Of a stretch of 64,000 nt of DNA, positions 26,431 to 36,816 are shown one piece after another (position 1 is the stretch's first letter; each line of letters begins with the position of its first letter). A model generated the notes under the pieces. That model did no database searches. It was not told the origin of the DNA and saw only the letters and a program-made list of their open reading frames with translations. A program made the position numbers and the translations under genes. This stretch comes from Candidatus Latescibacterota bacterium (GTDB taxonomy: Bacteria > Latescibacterota > UBA2968), in NCBI GenBank assembly GCA_965205975.1, contig OZ242195.1:5376001-5440000 (forward strand), read 5' to 3'.

Positions 26431-27378
26431 ATGGCGGCGCATTGTTTTGAGGGTGTACTTGAGAGTACGTCGGTTAATATAGGATTGACACTGGGATCGG
26501 GACAAGTGTTTCGGTGGGGACGAGATGTCGATGGATGGTGGAAGGGTATTGCTTATGGCGTGGTTGTGCATCTGAGACAAATGGGAGATCAGATCGCGTA
26601 TCGCGCATCGTCTGAGCAGGTGGCTACATACTGTAGTGAGATGGCGATTGATGATTTTTTGAGGTGGTATTTAAGGCTGGATCACATGCCCTGGATCAGG
26701 GTGCCGCGCGAGGATACCTATTTGCGAAAGGCGAGGGATTTGTTGAAGGGGCTACAATTTGTTCGCCAGGATCCATTCGAGTGTATTATTTCCTATGTTC
26801 TCTCGGTTCAAGCACATATGTCGTTGACTAAAAAGCGGATCGGATTTATTGCGCGAACTCTGGGTGAGAGACGAGTTTTTGAGGGCGAGACATACTGGAC
26901 ATTCCCGGGTCCAGATGCACTATCTGAGTTGGATGGCGGATTTTACAGGTGCCACCGTTTTGGCTGGCGTTCGGAGCGAGTGGCTGAAACCGCACAGTTT
27001 ATCGCCGGGGCGGTGCGCGATGAGGCAGACCTGGATACCTGGCGGTGTGTTTCTGATGATTTGTACGCACTGCCCGGCAGTGGGGTTGGTATTAAGGTGG
27101 CGCGGTGTATCGATCTGTTCTCGTTGGATCGGCTCTATGCGGTTCCCGTTGATACCTGGGTGCGAAAATTTGCCCGAGAATGGTATGGTGTAACGGGTTC
27201 AGATGCGAAGATATGCCGGTGGGGCGAGGCGCGATGGGGCAAGTGGGCGGGCTATTGCAATGAGTATTTGTTCGCGTATTATCGCGAGTTGCACGGTCCA
27301 ACACTGTACGATCGGGTGCTTTCTTTTGATGCTTCTGGTGAAGCGTCAGCGGTGATGCCGTTTGAAGATGCGGGATGA
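26431..27378 (+). CDS. 8-oxoguanine DNA glycosylase (OGG1-type, HhH-GPD)
   Basis: TLGSGQVFRW, RQDPFECIISY, FPGP..L, HhH GVGIKVARC, PVDTWV, WAGY. Confidence 0.85.
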   Translation: MAAHCFEGVLESTSVNIGLTLGSGQVFRWGRDVDGWWKGIAYGVVVHLRQMGDQIAYRASSEQVATYCSEMAIDDFLRWYLRLDHMPWIRVPREDTYLRKARDLLKGLQFVRQDPFECIISYVLSVQAHMSLTKKRIGFIARTLGERRVFEGETYWTFPGPDALSELDGGFYRCHRFGWRSERVAETAQFIAGAVRDEADLDTWRCVSDDLYALPGSGVGIKVARCIDLFSLDRLYAVPVDTWVRKFAREWYGVTGSDAKICRWGEARWGKWAGYCNEYLFAYYRELHGPTLYDRVLSFDASGEASAVMPFEDAG

Positions 27379-27385
27379 TTGTTTT

Positions 27386-28657
27386 TTATTCCCTGTCGTA
27401 TTTGGGGTTGCCAAAGCCGTCGTTGACGATGTGGGAACGCGCGGGGATTTCGGATTTGTCGGGGATGATGAGATCCAGTTCGGTGCTGTTTTCGACGATT
27501 GTGCCGTCGCCTACGCGCACGTGATCTCCCAGGATGATTTTTCCAGGGTCTCGGGAACCAGAGCGCACGGTGCCGAGTACGACTGACGATGCGATTTGAC
27601 AGCCCATGCCCGTTTCGACATAGCCGTAGATGTCTGTGCCACTGCCGATCGTGGAGCGGTTGCCAATGACGACGGGACCCAGCAGGGTGGCGTCTGTGCC
27701 TATTCTTACAAAATTGCCAATGGTGGGATGCCGTTGTCGCGCTCTTCCTGTCAATCCGCCGAGTGTGCAGGGATAGATGATGCACCCGTAGCCTATGATA
27801 CCTGTTTGACCTGTTGTGAGGCCGCGGTGCGGGTGTTCGAGAAAGTTGGCGTCTGCGATGATGGTTTCCGGGTGAATATCGGCTTGATAATAACGCCCGC
27901 CGAGTTCTGAAATGGCACGGGGTAAGAGGGGGATGGGCGTGCAGTCAAAATTTTCAACCTCGCCGGTTTGCGTGAGGGCATTGGCGATGTCGTGATAAAA
28001 CAAGACGCGCCATCCGGGATACGCACTGGCGACGAGTTGCATCTGATATGAGAAGGCAGATTGCAGGTCTTTTTCGGCGAGAAATGTTTCGTAGAGATCA
28101 AAGGTGCGCGCTTCAATAGCTTTGTCAATGACGGGCGCAAATGTGAGGGCGGCGAGGTCGCTGTTATCCAGATTGTGTACTTTGCGTAAATACGCATCCC
28201 ACACAGCGGGGTCTTTGAGCGATGCAAAGCGGTTCCAGAGTGCGCGAGTTTTTAATTGGGGCAGTCGAGAAATGAGCGCGAAGGCGGATTGTAGTGCCAT
28301 GTCTTCTATCGGGCCGTTTTCGCCCTGTGCGGCTTGAAGCGATTGGTAGATCATGGCGTAGAGCTGGTCGGCGATTTCTTCGATATTTTCTGTCAGGGTT
28401 GCCTGCGCGGCTTCAGACGCATTGTGGGAGCCGGGTGCGACGCATTCGAGCAGGTTGCCCAGTACGGTTTCGAGCAGGTCGCGGTTGACAAAACCGCGTC
28501 CTGAACGCTGTGAGAGAATCGCGCGATTGATGGGGTCAATGCGAAGCGCAGCCAGTTCTTCTGCTGTGTAAATCGGTCGAATTTGTTGGATTACTTTTTC
28601 GAGAAGCGGACGTTTGCGATTTGCATACGCGGCGTCGAATAAGGTGGTGTTGTTCAC
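27386..28657 (-). CDS. Divergent serine O-acetyltransferase (CysE)-like hexapeptide-repeat acyltransferase with long N-terminal extension
   Basis: AYPG..L..H.IA..L, ADIHP, EH, TLGG, RHPTIG..V.IG..A.LLG hexapeptide repeats. Confidence 0.7.
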   Translation of the reverse strand: MNNTTLFDAAYANRKRPLLEKVIQQIRPIYTAEELAALRIDPINRAILSQRSGRGFVNRDLLETVLGNLLECVAPGSHNASEAAQATLTENIEEIADQLYAMIYQSLQAAQGENGPIEDMALQSAFALISRLPQLKTRALWNRFASLKDPAVWDAYLRKVHNLDNSDLAALTFAPVIDKAIEARTFDLYETFLAEKDLQSAFSYQMQLVASAYPGWRVLFYHDIANALTQTGEVENFDCTPIPLLPRAISELGGRYYQADIHPETIIADANFLEHPHRGLTTGQTGIIGYGCIIYPCTLGGLTGRARQRHPTIGNFVRIGTDATLLGPVVIGNRSTIGSGTDIYGYVETGMGCQIASSVVLGTVRSGSRDPGKIILGDHVRVGDGTIVENSTELDLIIPDKSEIPARSHIVNDGFGNPKYDRE

Positions 28658-28684
28658 AGAAGAGTCCTTTGTGATTCTGTTTAT

Positions 28685-29488
28685 TTAACTTCCGGTGGAG
28701 CGATAATGGCGCACACCGATTTTCCATATCTGGAGGGCGATAATGAGAAATATAACGCAAATCAGGGGCGCGCTCCACTGTAAGGCGATGGGAAATCCCA
28801 GGGGGTCGCCTCGTTCGAGAATTGCCAGTGCCGGCAAGTAATTTACACACGCAAGGGGTACGATGTAAGTAAAAAATTTGCGAAAATAGGTGCGGTAGAT
28901 GGGTAAGGGATACTGCGCGGTCTCTACACCACCGTAAGTCATGGTGTTCATGAGTTCGAGGGATTCGGTGGTCCAAAACGCAATGGTGGCTTGAATGACC
29001 ATGAGGCCGATGAAGAGGCAAGCGCCTCCAAATATGGCGGTGAAGACGAGATAGATTTTTGGCACTGACCAGGCGATGTCGAGGGTGTAGCTTGCCCAGG
29101 AGAAGACTGCGAGGCCCTGGAGCAGGCGACCGACGCGGCGGAGGGTAAGTTCATGGCCTGCGAGTTGCAGAGCGGTGCTGCGGGGGCGAAGCAAGAGGCG
29201 GTCGAAGTCGCCGCTTTTGACCATGGTGCCGAATATGTCGAAGCCGCGCGAGGCAGCGTCGGCAAAAGCAAAGGAGATGTTGATGAGGCCGTAGAGAAAG
29301 GCTACTTCGGGGAGTGCCCAACCCTGGATGTGTTTGAATCGCGCGAAGAGGGAGGCAATGGCGAGAAATTCGACGCTGGTGGTGAGGAAATGTCCAAATG
29401 AGAGCATGATGAATGACGCGCGATATTGCATTTGGCTGCGGACAGATTGGCTGAGATAGTGGATGTAGAGGCGAAGCGCGTTGGCCAT
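28685..29488 (-). CDS. ABC-2 type transporter permease (DUF990-like)
   Basis: QYRASF, GW...EV, G.FDRLLLRP, YPL.IY; hydrophobic. Confidence 0.9.
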   Translation of the reverse strand: MANALRLYIHYLSQSVRSQMQYRASFIMLSFGHFLTTSVEFLAIASLFARFKHIQGWALPEVAFLYGLINISFAFADAASRGFDIFGTMVKSGDFDRLLLRPRSTALQLAGHELTLRRVGRLLQGLAVFSWASYTLDIAWSVPKIYLVFTAIFGGACLFIGLMVIQATIAFWTTESLELMNTMTYGGVETAQYPLPIYRTYFRKFFTYIVPLACVNYLPALAILERGDPLGFPIALQWSAPLICVIFLIIALQIWKIGVRHYRSTGS

Positions 29489-29492
29489 CGCA

Positions 29493-30323
29493 TTATCCTC
29501 CTTGCGCGACGAGGCGGCGAATACCGCGGGTGAGGATGAGGTGCCCGGCAATGGTCAGCGCAATCAGATAGGCGATTTGAAACGGCAGGTGATACCAGAT
29601 TTGTTCTGGTGGGATGTGGCCCATGTAGAAGCGGAAGGGGATGTCCATGAGGTATCGAAATGGGAGGATGTTGATGGCTGCCTGTGCCCAGTCGGGAAAA
29701 AAGAGCAAGGGGATGATGATGCCGCTGAAGAGCCAGGTCAAACTACTCAGGAGTACGCCCAGGCCCTCGCCAGATATGGTCCACAAGAGGGCAATGGTCA
29801 GGAGATTGGTGATGGCCGCACTGATGAGGACGGCAAAGAGCATCGATACGAGCCAGGCACCTGTAGCCGGGATATTGGGAGGCATTTGCAGACTAAAGAA
29901 AAGACTGGCTGTGATGAACATGGGGAGGGCGCGGAAGACGCCGGGCGCAGTGCGTTGCGCTATAGCGCGGCTGTACCAGAAGAAATACAGGTTGGTCGGG
30001 CGCACGAGTTCATAGACGACATTGCCGGAACGCACCATGGCGCGCACGTCGGGGTCGGCACCCTGGTAGGGAATGAGAACGAGAAATGCCTGACCGAGCC
30101 ATATATAGGTGATGACTTCATCGACAGTCATGGGTTGTGGCGCGGTGGTTGATCTGTAGAAGGCTTCAAAGATCATGACGCGGATGAGGCCCCAGAAGAG
30201 TTGGGTGCCGAATCCCGCGAATGCCGCGGCGCGGTATTGCAAGAGGGTGCGAAATCTGGCGGAGAGGACGGCTATGTAGGATTTGATAGCCAGCGATGAT
30301 GTGCGGTTAGCGATTTTCGGCAT
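29493..30323 (-). CDS. ABC-2 type transporter permease
   Basis: QYRAAAFAG, G.V.YEL.RP, SG..IPL.FFP, LPF; start uncertain. Confidence 0.88.
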   Translation of the reverse strand: MPKIANRTSSLAIKSYIAVLSARFRTLLQYRAAAFAGFGTQLFWGLIRVMIFEAFYRSTTAPQPMTVDEVITYIWLGQAFLVLIPYQGADPDVRAMVRSGNVVYELVRPTNLYFFWYSRAIAQRTAPGVFRALPMFITASLFFSLQMPPNIPATGAWLVSMLFAVLISAAITNLLTIALLWTISGEGLGVLLSSLTWLFSGIIIPLLFFPDWAQAAINILPFRYLMDIPFRFYMGHIPPEQIWYHLPFQIAYLIALTIAGHLILTRGIRRLVAQGG

Positions 30324-31284
30324 AGAGGCGTGAGATGATTTCTTCGATGGGCGTGTTTTCGACAAAGAGGTCGCGCACGGGGTGCTGCGCCGTGATGCGG
30401 GCGATCAAATCAGCCGTGGCAACGCGGTCGGGGTCAAATGTGAGGTGTACGCGGTGTCCGTCGCGCAATACAACAGATGCGTCGGGGTCGGTGATGTCTT
30501 CTGTGCCTTCGAGATCGACGATGAGGCGGCGCTCTGTTGTGACGCGAGCGCGAAGGTTTTCGAGTGGGCCGTCGGATAGTATCTGGCCCTGCCCTATGAC
30601 CATTACCCGCGTGCAGAGGGCTTCGATGTCGTCCAGGTCGTGAGTGGTGAGGATGACGGTGACATCGCGCTCCTGGTTGAGGCGTTTGATGAAGTCGCGC
30701 ACGGCGAGTTTGGAGACGACGTCGAGGCCAATTGTCGGTTCGTCTAAGAAGAGGATTGATGGACGGTGTATGAGAGCAGCGGCGAGGTCACAGCGCATGC
30801 GCTGGCCCAGGCTGAGCTGGCGCACGGGTATGTCGAGAAGCGATTCGAGGTCGAGAATGGCGATCATTTCATCGCGGGTTTGCGCGTATTGGTGATGATC
30901 GACGCGATAGATGTCGCAGAGCAGGTCAAAAGATTCTATGACGGGCAGGTCCCACCACAATTGCGTGCGTTGCCCAAATACCACGCCGATTTGTGCGACG
31001 TGTGCGATGCGTTCTTTCCAGGGTACGCGACCGAGGATTTCACAGCGGCCAGAATCGGGTACGAGGATGCCGGACAATACTTTGACGGTGGTGGATTTGC
31101 CCGCGCCATTGGGACCGATATAACCGATGAGTTCGCCGGGTTCAATTGTAAAGTAGATGCCGTCGAGGGCAGTTATCTGGCGATAGTTGCGGTGCATGAC
31201 ACCGCGCAGAGCACCCCACACACCGGGCTGGCGTTGGGCGATTTGGAAGGTTTTGACGAGGTTTTCGACAATGATGTGGGGCAT
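30307..31284 (-). CDS. ABC transporter ATP-binding protein
   Basis: GPNGAGKST, LSLGQRMR, LFLDEPT, TTHD. Confidence 0.95.
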   Translation of the reverse strand: MPHIIVENLVKTFQIAQRQPGVWGALRGVMHRNYRQITALDGIYFTIEPGELIGYIGPNGAGKSTTVKVLSGILVPDSGRCEILGRVPWKERIAHVAQIGVVFGQRTQLWWDLPVIESFDLLCDIYRVDHHQYAQTRDEMIAILDLESLLDIPVRQLSLGQRMRCDLAAALIHRPSILFLDEPTIGLDVVSKLAVRDFIKRLNQERDVTVILTTHDLDDIEALCTRVMVIGQGQILSDGPLENLRARVTTERRLIVDLEGTEDITDPDASVVLRDGHRVHLTFDPDRVATADLIARITAQHPVRDLFVENTPIEEIISRLYAENR

Positions 31285-31390
31285 GGCGCAATGTGCAGGG
31301 TTTATATTTCTGCGTGTTTATTAGACGGGTATCTCGGCAGGTGTGTTTTGGTTTGTGGGATTTTTTTTGGACTGGACGAATTACGTCCTG

Positions 31391-31437
31391 AAAATAGCGT
31401 GCCCGATTCTGTATGTACGAATCGGGCACGCGCTTTT
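31391..31437. terminator. Hairpin terminator after the suf operon
   Basis: 13-bp stem gcgtgcccgattc / gaatcgggcacgc with flanking A and T runs. Confidence 0.7.
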
Positions 31438-31457
31438 GTAGAGATGGAATTCAGAGC

Positions 31458-32042
31458 TTACTGCGTGGTCTGGTAATACGGGTTGGTGCCTTCGGCGTGG
31501 TCTGTGATATCGCGGATGTTTGCGATTTCGGGAACGGCTTCTTTGATCATGACTTCCACGCCCTGTTTGAGAGTGACATCGACCATCCCGCAGCCCTGGC
31601 ATCCACCGCCAAATTGAAGAAAGGCCGTGTCTTCTTTTACATCGACGAGTGATACGTGACCGCCGTGTGCGGCAATGCCCGGGTTGATTTTTTCGTCGAT
31701 TACCATTTGGATTTTTTCGGCTACACTGCCTTTGAGGTGCGGAGGAACTTTGTGCGGGTTGTCAATTTTGAAGCCGCGTCCCATCAGGCCATCGACAAAA
31801 TCGAGCGTGATGTCCTGGGCATAAGGCACGCTGTTTTCGTCAATGTAAATGTTGAAGCCGTCGTAGGGTATCGCGGTGTCGCGGTCGGTGTCCTGTCCCT
31901 CGGCTACAAAAGCGAGGCGGTAGTTGGCCTGTAAGGGCGATGTTGCTTCGGCGGTGATGCGCACGCCTGTAATTACCTGTTCTTGTTCGTGTATCAAGCG
32001 GGTAATTTCTGTTTGTGCAACGTCTGTGACGGTGATGTCCAT
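31458..32042 (-). CDS. nfuA: NfuA-like Fe-S carrier (degenerate A-type domain plus Nfu domain)
   Basis: GFKIDNP; INPGIAAHGG, FGGGCQGCG, TLKQGVE, DITDH..G.NPYY. Confidence 0.9.
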   Translation of the reverse strand: MDITVTDVAQTEITRLIHEQEQVITGVRITAEATSPLQANYRLAFVAEGQDTDRDTAIPYDGFNIYIDENSVPYAQDITLDFVDGLMGRGFKIDNPHKVPPHLKGSVAEKIQMVIDEKINPGIAAHGGHVSLVDVKEDTAFLQFGGGCQGCGMVDVTLKQGVEVMIKEAVPEIANIRDITDHAEGTNPYYQTTQ

Positions 32043-32052
32043 GGGGTTTCTC

Positions 32053-32544
32053 CTATGTCAATTGCGGCATTGTGACTTGTAAGAGTTCGTCTGCTTTATG
32101 CGCGAGATGATTTTCGAGCTGGTGTCCATCTCCCATCAGGTCTTGCAATGTAATGCGGTCGAGCATCTGGTCAACCACAAATTGGATGGCGTTCCAGAGG
32201 GAGCGAATTGAGCAATCGACAGAATGTGTGCAGCAGGCTTCATAGCCGGTGTGTTCGTCGCAAAAGTCTTCATTGAAGAACGGGTCGCCGAGGGTACCGA
32301 GTACATCGGAGATCAGGATTTCACTGGCGGGACGAGCCAATTTATACCCGCCGGCTTGACCTCGCACGCTTTCGACGAGGTTGCCCAGGCGCAAGAGGCG
32401 GACGAGTTTGCCGACATGGGCGGTGGATAATCCTTCGGCGCGGCTGATTTCGGGAATCGAAATGCTACCACCAGTTTCAGATGCACGCTGTGCTACTTGC
32501 ATGAGACAGCGAAGGCCGTATTCTTCTTGCGTGCTCAATTTCAT
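32053..32544 (-). CDS. Rrf2 family transcriptional regulator (SUF system regulator)
   Basis: EEYGLRCL, SVRGQAGGYKLAR, Cys cluster FC...ACC....C. Confidence 0.92.
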   Translation of the reverse strand: MKLSTQEEYGLRCLMQVAQRASETGGSISIPEISRAEGLSTAHVGKLVRLLRLGNLVESVRGQAGGYKLARPASEILISDVLGTLGDPFFNEDFCDEHTGYEACCTHSVDCSIRSLWNAIQFVVDQMLDRITLQDLMGDGHQLENHLAHKADELLQVTMPQLT

Positions 32545-32572
32545 ACCAAAACCTTTTCAGTAAGAGGCATTG

Positions 32573-33013
32573 TCAAAACATGCCCAATTCGAGTTTGGCC
32601 GCTTCTGACATGCGTTCTGGCGTCCAGGGAGGGTCGAATACGAGGTCGAGTTTGACATCGTAAACGCCTTCGACAGATCGGGCTGCAGATTCGATCTGTC
32701 CGGGCAAAATACCCGCGGCGGGGCAATTGGGTGCTGTGAGTGTCATTTGAACGTAGGTATTGCCGTCTTCTTCTACTTTGATTTCGTAGATGAGGCCCAG
32801 TTCGTAAATGTCAACGGGGATTTCTGGATCATATACTGTTTTGAGTGCTTTTACGATTTCTTCTTTTACGGCCTCGGTGTCGATGGGGCCTTCTGACGAG
32901 GGTTTTTCGAGCGGTGATTCTGGCGCTTCAATATTGTGCATTTCTTCAGTAGGGTCGGAATCATTGTTGGACTGTGCGTCTGTGTCTTTGCGGAAAATGT
33001 TCAGGAGGCTCAT
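32573..33013 (-). CDS. sufT: SufT / DUF59 Fe-S assembly protein
   Basis: VYDPEIPVDIYELGLIY, MTLTAPNCP, FDPPW..ERMSEAAKLELG. Confidence 0.9.
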   Translation of the reverse strand: MSLLNIFRKDTDAQSNNDSDPTEEMHNIEAPESPLEKPSSEGPIDTEAVKEEIVKALKTVYDPEIPVDIYELGLIYEIKVEEDGNTYVQMTLTAPNCPAAGILPGQIESAARSVEGVYDVKLDLVFDPPWTPERMSEAAKLELGMF

Positions 33014-33016
33014 GTG

Positions 33017-33469
33017 TTATCTCTCTGTTGTTATGGGAGTTTGGACATTGTCTATGGCTGCCCGAAGCGCGTGCCACGATAGGGTCGCGCATTTGATACG
33101 GATGGGATAGTCACGCACGCCGGCAAAAACGAATAATTTGCCCATCTGGTCGAAGCCGAGATTGCTGGATGGGTCGGTGAGCATCGCTTGAAAGTCTTTG
33201 AAATAGGTTTCTATTTCACCGAGAGTTTTGCCTTTGATGGTTTCGGTCATTAAAGAAGCCGACGCTTTGGAAATGGCGCATCCCGAACCCTGAAAGCCAA
33301 TGTCTTTTATGCGGTCGCCATGGAGTTGGAGATAAACTTCCACTTTATCGCCGCACAGTGGATTGTAGCCTTCGGCAAAGCGGTCTGCTGGATCGAGTAC
33401 GTGAAAATTTCTGGGGTTTTTGTTGTGATCCAGAATGAGTTGCTGATAGAGTTCGCGCAAATCTGACAT
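33017..33469 (-). CDS. sufU: SUF system NifU-family protein SufU
   Basis: ILDH..NPRN, NPLCGD, GSGCAIS.AS, RIKCATL.W. Confidence 0.95.
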   Translation of the reverse strand: MSDLRELYQQLILDHNKNPRNFHVLDPADRFAEGYNPLCGDKVEVYLQLHGDRIKDIGFQGSGCAISKASASLMTETIKGKTLGEIETYFKDFQAMLTDPSSNLGFDQMGKLFVFAGVRDYPIRIKCATLSWHALRAAIDNVQTPITTER

Positions 33470-34749
33470 CAGCCAAAAATCTTTCGCACACTGTGAAGGC
33501 CAGAGACCAGCGCGTCAATGTCTTCACGCGTGTTGTAAAGTGCCAGCGAAGCACGCGTTGCTGCAGGTATGTCGTAGTGTTTCATAATGGGTTGCGCGCA
33601 GTGGTGCCCGGCGCGAACGGCAACGCCGGCCTGGTCGAGAATGGTGCCCACATCGTGGGGATGAATATCGGAGAGGGTAAATGAGAGCACGCCTACTTTG
33701 CGCTCGGCTGTGCCGATCAGGTTGAGGTCCGGCACGTCGCGCAGTGCGTCGTGTGCGTATTCCAGCAGATTGGCTTCGTATTTTGTTGCGCCATCAAAGT
33801 CGATGCTGTTGAGGTAATCAATAGCGGCACCCAGGCCAATACTGCCCGCGATATTGGGCGTTCCCGCTTCAAATTTGTTGGGCGAGTTTCCGTACGTAAT
33901 ATTGTCAAAGTCAACGTTTTGGATCATGCTGCCGCCGCCCTGGTAGGGCGGCATGGTATCGAGATATGTTTCGCAGCCGTACAGGACGCCAATGCCTGTG
34001 GGTGCAAACATTTTGTGTCCCGAGAAGGTGTAGAACTCGCAGCCCAGAGCGCGGACATCCACGCGCTGATGAGGTACGGCTTGTGCGCCGTCGATATGTA
34101 CGGGCACGCCGTGTGCGTGCGCGATTTGCACGATTTCTTCCACGGGATTGACTGTGCCGAGCACATTGGAGATGTGTACGATGGAGACGAGTTTTGTGTG
34201 CGGGGAGAATAGGGTTTGATATGTGTCCATGCAGAGTTCGCCCCGGTCGTTCATGGGGATAACGCGCAGTTTGGCTCCCTTTTCCCGGCAGAGCATCCAC
34301 CAGGGGACGATGTTGGAATGGTGCTCCATTTCAGTGATGATGATTTCATCGCCCTCGCCGATTTGTTCGCGTCCAAAGGTTTGTGCAATGAGATTGATGC
34401 CTTCGGTGGTTCCGCGCACAAAGATGATTTCTCTGTCTGAGGTCGCGTTGATAAAGGTCGCCACTTTTCTTCTGGCGGCTTCATAAACATCGGTCGCTAT
34501 TTGCGAGAGGTGGTGTACGCCTCTGTGTACATTGGCATTCTGGTCGGTGTAATAATGCGAGAGGGCATCGATGACCGCGCGGGGTTTTTGCGCTGTGGCG
34601 CCATTGTCGAGGTACACGAGCGGTTGCCCCTGGACTTGTTGGCCCAAAATGGGGAAGTCCGCGCGAATGCGGCGCACGTCAAAAGGCAGTGCTGGACGCA
34701 CGGCTGTCTCGGGCGGCTGAAGTGTTAATATGTCCAGAGGCGAATTCAT
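33469..34749 (-). CDS. sufS: Cysteine desulfurase SufS
   Basis: YLDNGATAQKP, NVHRG, FSGHKM, EAGTP, RAGHHCAQP. Confidence 0.96.
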   Translation of the reverse strand: MNSPLDILTLQPPETAVRPALPFDVRRIRADFPILGQQVQGQPLVYLDNGATAQKPRAVIDALSHYYTDQNANVHRGVHHLSQIATDVYEAARRKVATFINATSDREIIFVRGTTEGINLIAQTFGREQIGEGDEIIITEMEHHSNIVPWWMLCREKGAKLRVIPMNDRGELCMDTYQTLFSPHTKLVSIVHISNVLGTVNPVEEIVQIAHAHGVPVHIDGAQAVPHQRVDVRALGCEFYTFSGHKMFAPTGIGVLYGCETYLDTMPPYQGGGSMIQNVDFDNITYGNSPNKFEAGTPNIAGSIGLGAAIDYLNSIDFDGATKYEANLLEYAHDALRDVPDLNLIGTAERKVGVLSFTLSDIHPHDVGTILDQAGVAVRAGHHCAQPIMKHYDIPAATRASLALYNTREDIDALVSGLHSVRKIFG

Positions 34750-36071
34750 GCCGTGTCCTTTGCCTCGATGTGTTCGAGACGGGTGTCGATTAAGTCGCTG
34801 AGGTGCGACCGCACGGGGGCAAGGGTCACGCGCCCGATAATATCATCGGCAAAAGCGCGGAGCAAAATTCGCTTTGCCTCGGCTTTGGGAATGCCGCGCG
34901 CTTGCAGGTAAAAGAGCGCGTTTTCGTCGAGTTGGCCTATTGTTGCGCCATGCGAGCATTTGACTTCGTCGGCATAGATTTCGAGCTGGGGTTTGGTATT
35001 GACGCGTGCGTTGTCCGAAAGCAGAATATTTTCGTTTTGCTGGTACGCATCGGTGTGTTGCGCTTTTTGATGTACGTGAATTTTTCCCCGAAAAATTGCG
35101 CGCGATGAGCCTCCCAGAATCCCTTTGTAGAGTTCGTGACTGGGGCAATGGGGTTCGGCGTGCTCCAGCAGGGTATAGTTATCGACTTGTTGTGATCCTT
35201 CGAGGGCGTAGAATCCATTTACAGTGGCTTCACTGCCTTCGCCGCGCATGTACGCGCTTACGTCATTGCGAACAAATGCCCCGCCGAGTGTAAAATCGTG
35301 AAAGGTCATCCTGCTGCTGCGCCCGAGTTGTGCCTGAAAATTGGCGACGTGCAAACCCGCTGTGCCCTGCAATTCGAGGCGGATACAATTCACGCTGGCG
35401 TTGTCGCGGGCGATGATTTCTGTGACTGCATTGGTAAAATAGGTCTCTGTGCCCGTTCCCGAGTATGTTTCAACAATTGAGAGCTGACTGTTCTCATCGG
35501 CAATGATCAGGTTGCGCGGATGAGATATTGTGGGGGTTTCAGACACCGTTGTGATATAGAGGATATGTATGGGGACTTCAACTGTGACATTTGACTGAAC
35601 ATGGATGAATACGCCATCGCGCATGAATGCCGTATTGAGGGCGGTGAAGGCTAAATCTGCGGTTTGTGCGAGTTTGCCCAGGTGCGCTTTGACGAGTGAA
35701 TGGTCGTAAACATCGGCGAGGTTGGCAATGGTTATGCCTTCTGGTGTGTCAGATGTGTGTTCTGGCGCGTAATACCCGTTGACGAATACGAGGCGGATGG
35801 CCTGCAGGTCGGGATAGATGAAGGGTTCCAGTTCTGCGTCTGCAAGGGCGGTAGGAGCTGCAGGCTCAAAATCGGTTCTGGTGAGCGCAGATGGATTCAC
35901 GCTTTTCCAGGCTTCATCCGCTGTGGTGGGATATCCCAGGCGGTCAAAGTCGGCTATTGCGCGTTGGCGCAATGCTCGCAGTGGTTGACCATTGAGGCTG
36001 GATTCAAATTTTTGAATCCAGGATGTGTGATTAGACGCTGTGTGTCGCGTGTTCTTCTTTGATCCAGTCAT
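34746..36071 (-). CDS. sufD: Fe-S cluster assembly protein SufD
   Basis: [33 protein letters not shown]...LFYLQARGI; start approximate (ATG 36071 overlaps sufC end). Confidence 0.92.
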   Translation of the reverse strand: MTGSKKNTRHTASNHTSWIQKFESSLNGQPLRALRQRAIADFDRLGYPTTADEAWKSVNPSALTRTDFEPAAPTALADAELEPFIYPDLQAIRLVFVNGYYAPEHTSDTPEGITIANLADVYDHSLVKAHLGKLAQTADLAFTALNTAFMRDGVFIHVQSNVTVEVPIHILYITTVSETPTISHPRNLIIADENSQLSIVETYSGTGTETYFTNAVTEIIARDNASVNCIRLELQGTAGLHVANFQAQLGRSSRMTFHDFTLGGAFVRNDVSAYMRGEGSEATVNGFYALEGSQQVDNYTLLEHAEPHCPSHELYKGILGGSSRAIFRGKIHVHQKAQHTDAYQQNENILLSDNARVNTKPQLEIYADEVKCSHGATIGQLDENALFYLQARGIPKAEAKRILLRAFADDIIGRVTLAPVRSHLSDLIDTRLEHIEAKDTA

Positions 36072-36792
36072 AGCCTTTTTCTTCCAGTTCCAGGGCGAGT
36101 GTTTTATCGCCCGATTGCACGATGCGCCCGTCGAGCATAACGTGGACCACGTCGGGCACGATATTGTTGAGCAAGCGCTGATAGTGCGTGACCACAATGG
36201 TCGCTTTGTCCGCGCTGTGGAGTGTATTGACGCCGTTGGCTACAACGCGCAGGGCGTCGATATCAAGTCCAGAATCGGTTTCGTCGAGTATGGCGAGGCG
36301 GGGTTCTAAAACGGCCATTTGCAGTATTTCATGGCGTTTTTTTTCGCCGCCAGAAAAGCCCTCGTTGACCGAACGTTTGAGGAATTTTTCGTCCATTTCG
36401 ACCAGTTTGAGTTTGTCGCGAATCAGTGTGAGAAAGTCTATGGCATCGACTTCTTCTTCATCTCTGGCCGTTCGAAGGGCGTTGAGTGCGGTGCGCAAGA
36501 AGTACGCGCTGTTGACACCGGGTATTTCTACCGGGTACTGAAAGGCGAGGAAGACGCCCTGTGCTGCGCGTTCATCCGGGTCCATATCGAGCAGGTCCTG
36601 GCCTTCGTAGATGACTTCGCCTTCTGTAACACCATAGGCTTCGTGACCTGCGAGTACCTGAGCCAATGTGCTTTTGCCCGACCCGTTGGGTCCCATAATG
36701 GCGTGAATTTCTCCCGCGTTGACCGTGAGGTCGATGCCGTGAAGAATTTCCGCGTCTTCCACACCTGCGTGCAGGTTCCGAATTTCGAGCAT
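36031..36792 (-). CDS. sufC: Fe-S cluster assembly ATPase SufC
   Basis: [41 protein letters not shown]. Confidence 0.97.
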   Translation of the reverse strand: MLEIRNLHAGVEDAEILHGIDLTVNAGEIHAIMGPNGSGKSTLAQVLAGHEAYGVTEGEVIYEGQDLLDMDPDERAAQGVFLAFQYPVEIPGVNSAYFLRTALNALRTARDEEEVDAIDFLTLIRDKLKLVEMDEKFLKRSVNEGFSGGEKKRHEILQMAVLEPRLAILDETDSGLDIDALRVVANGVNTLHSADKATIVVTHYQRLLNNIVPDVVHVMLDGRIVQSGDKTLALELEEKGYDWIKEEHATHSV

Positions 36793-36816
36793 GTTATTTT
36801 TTCCTTAAATTGAGAT

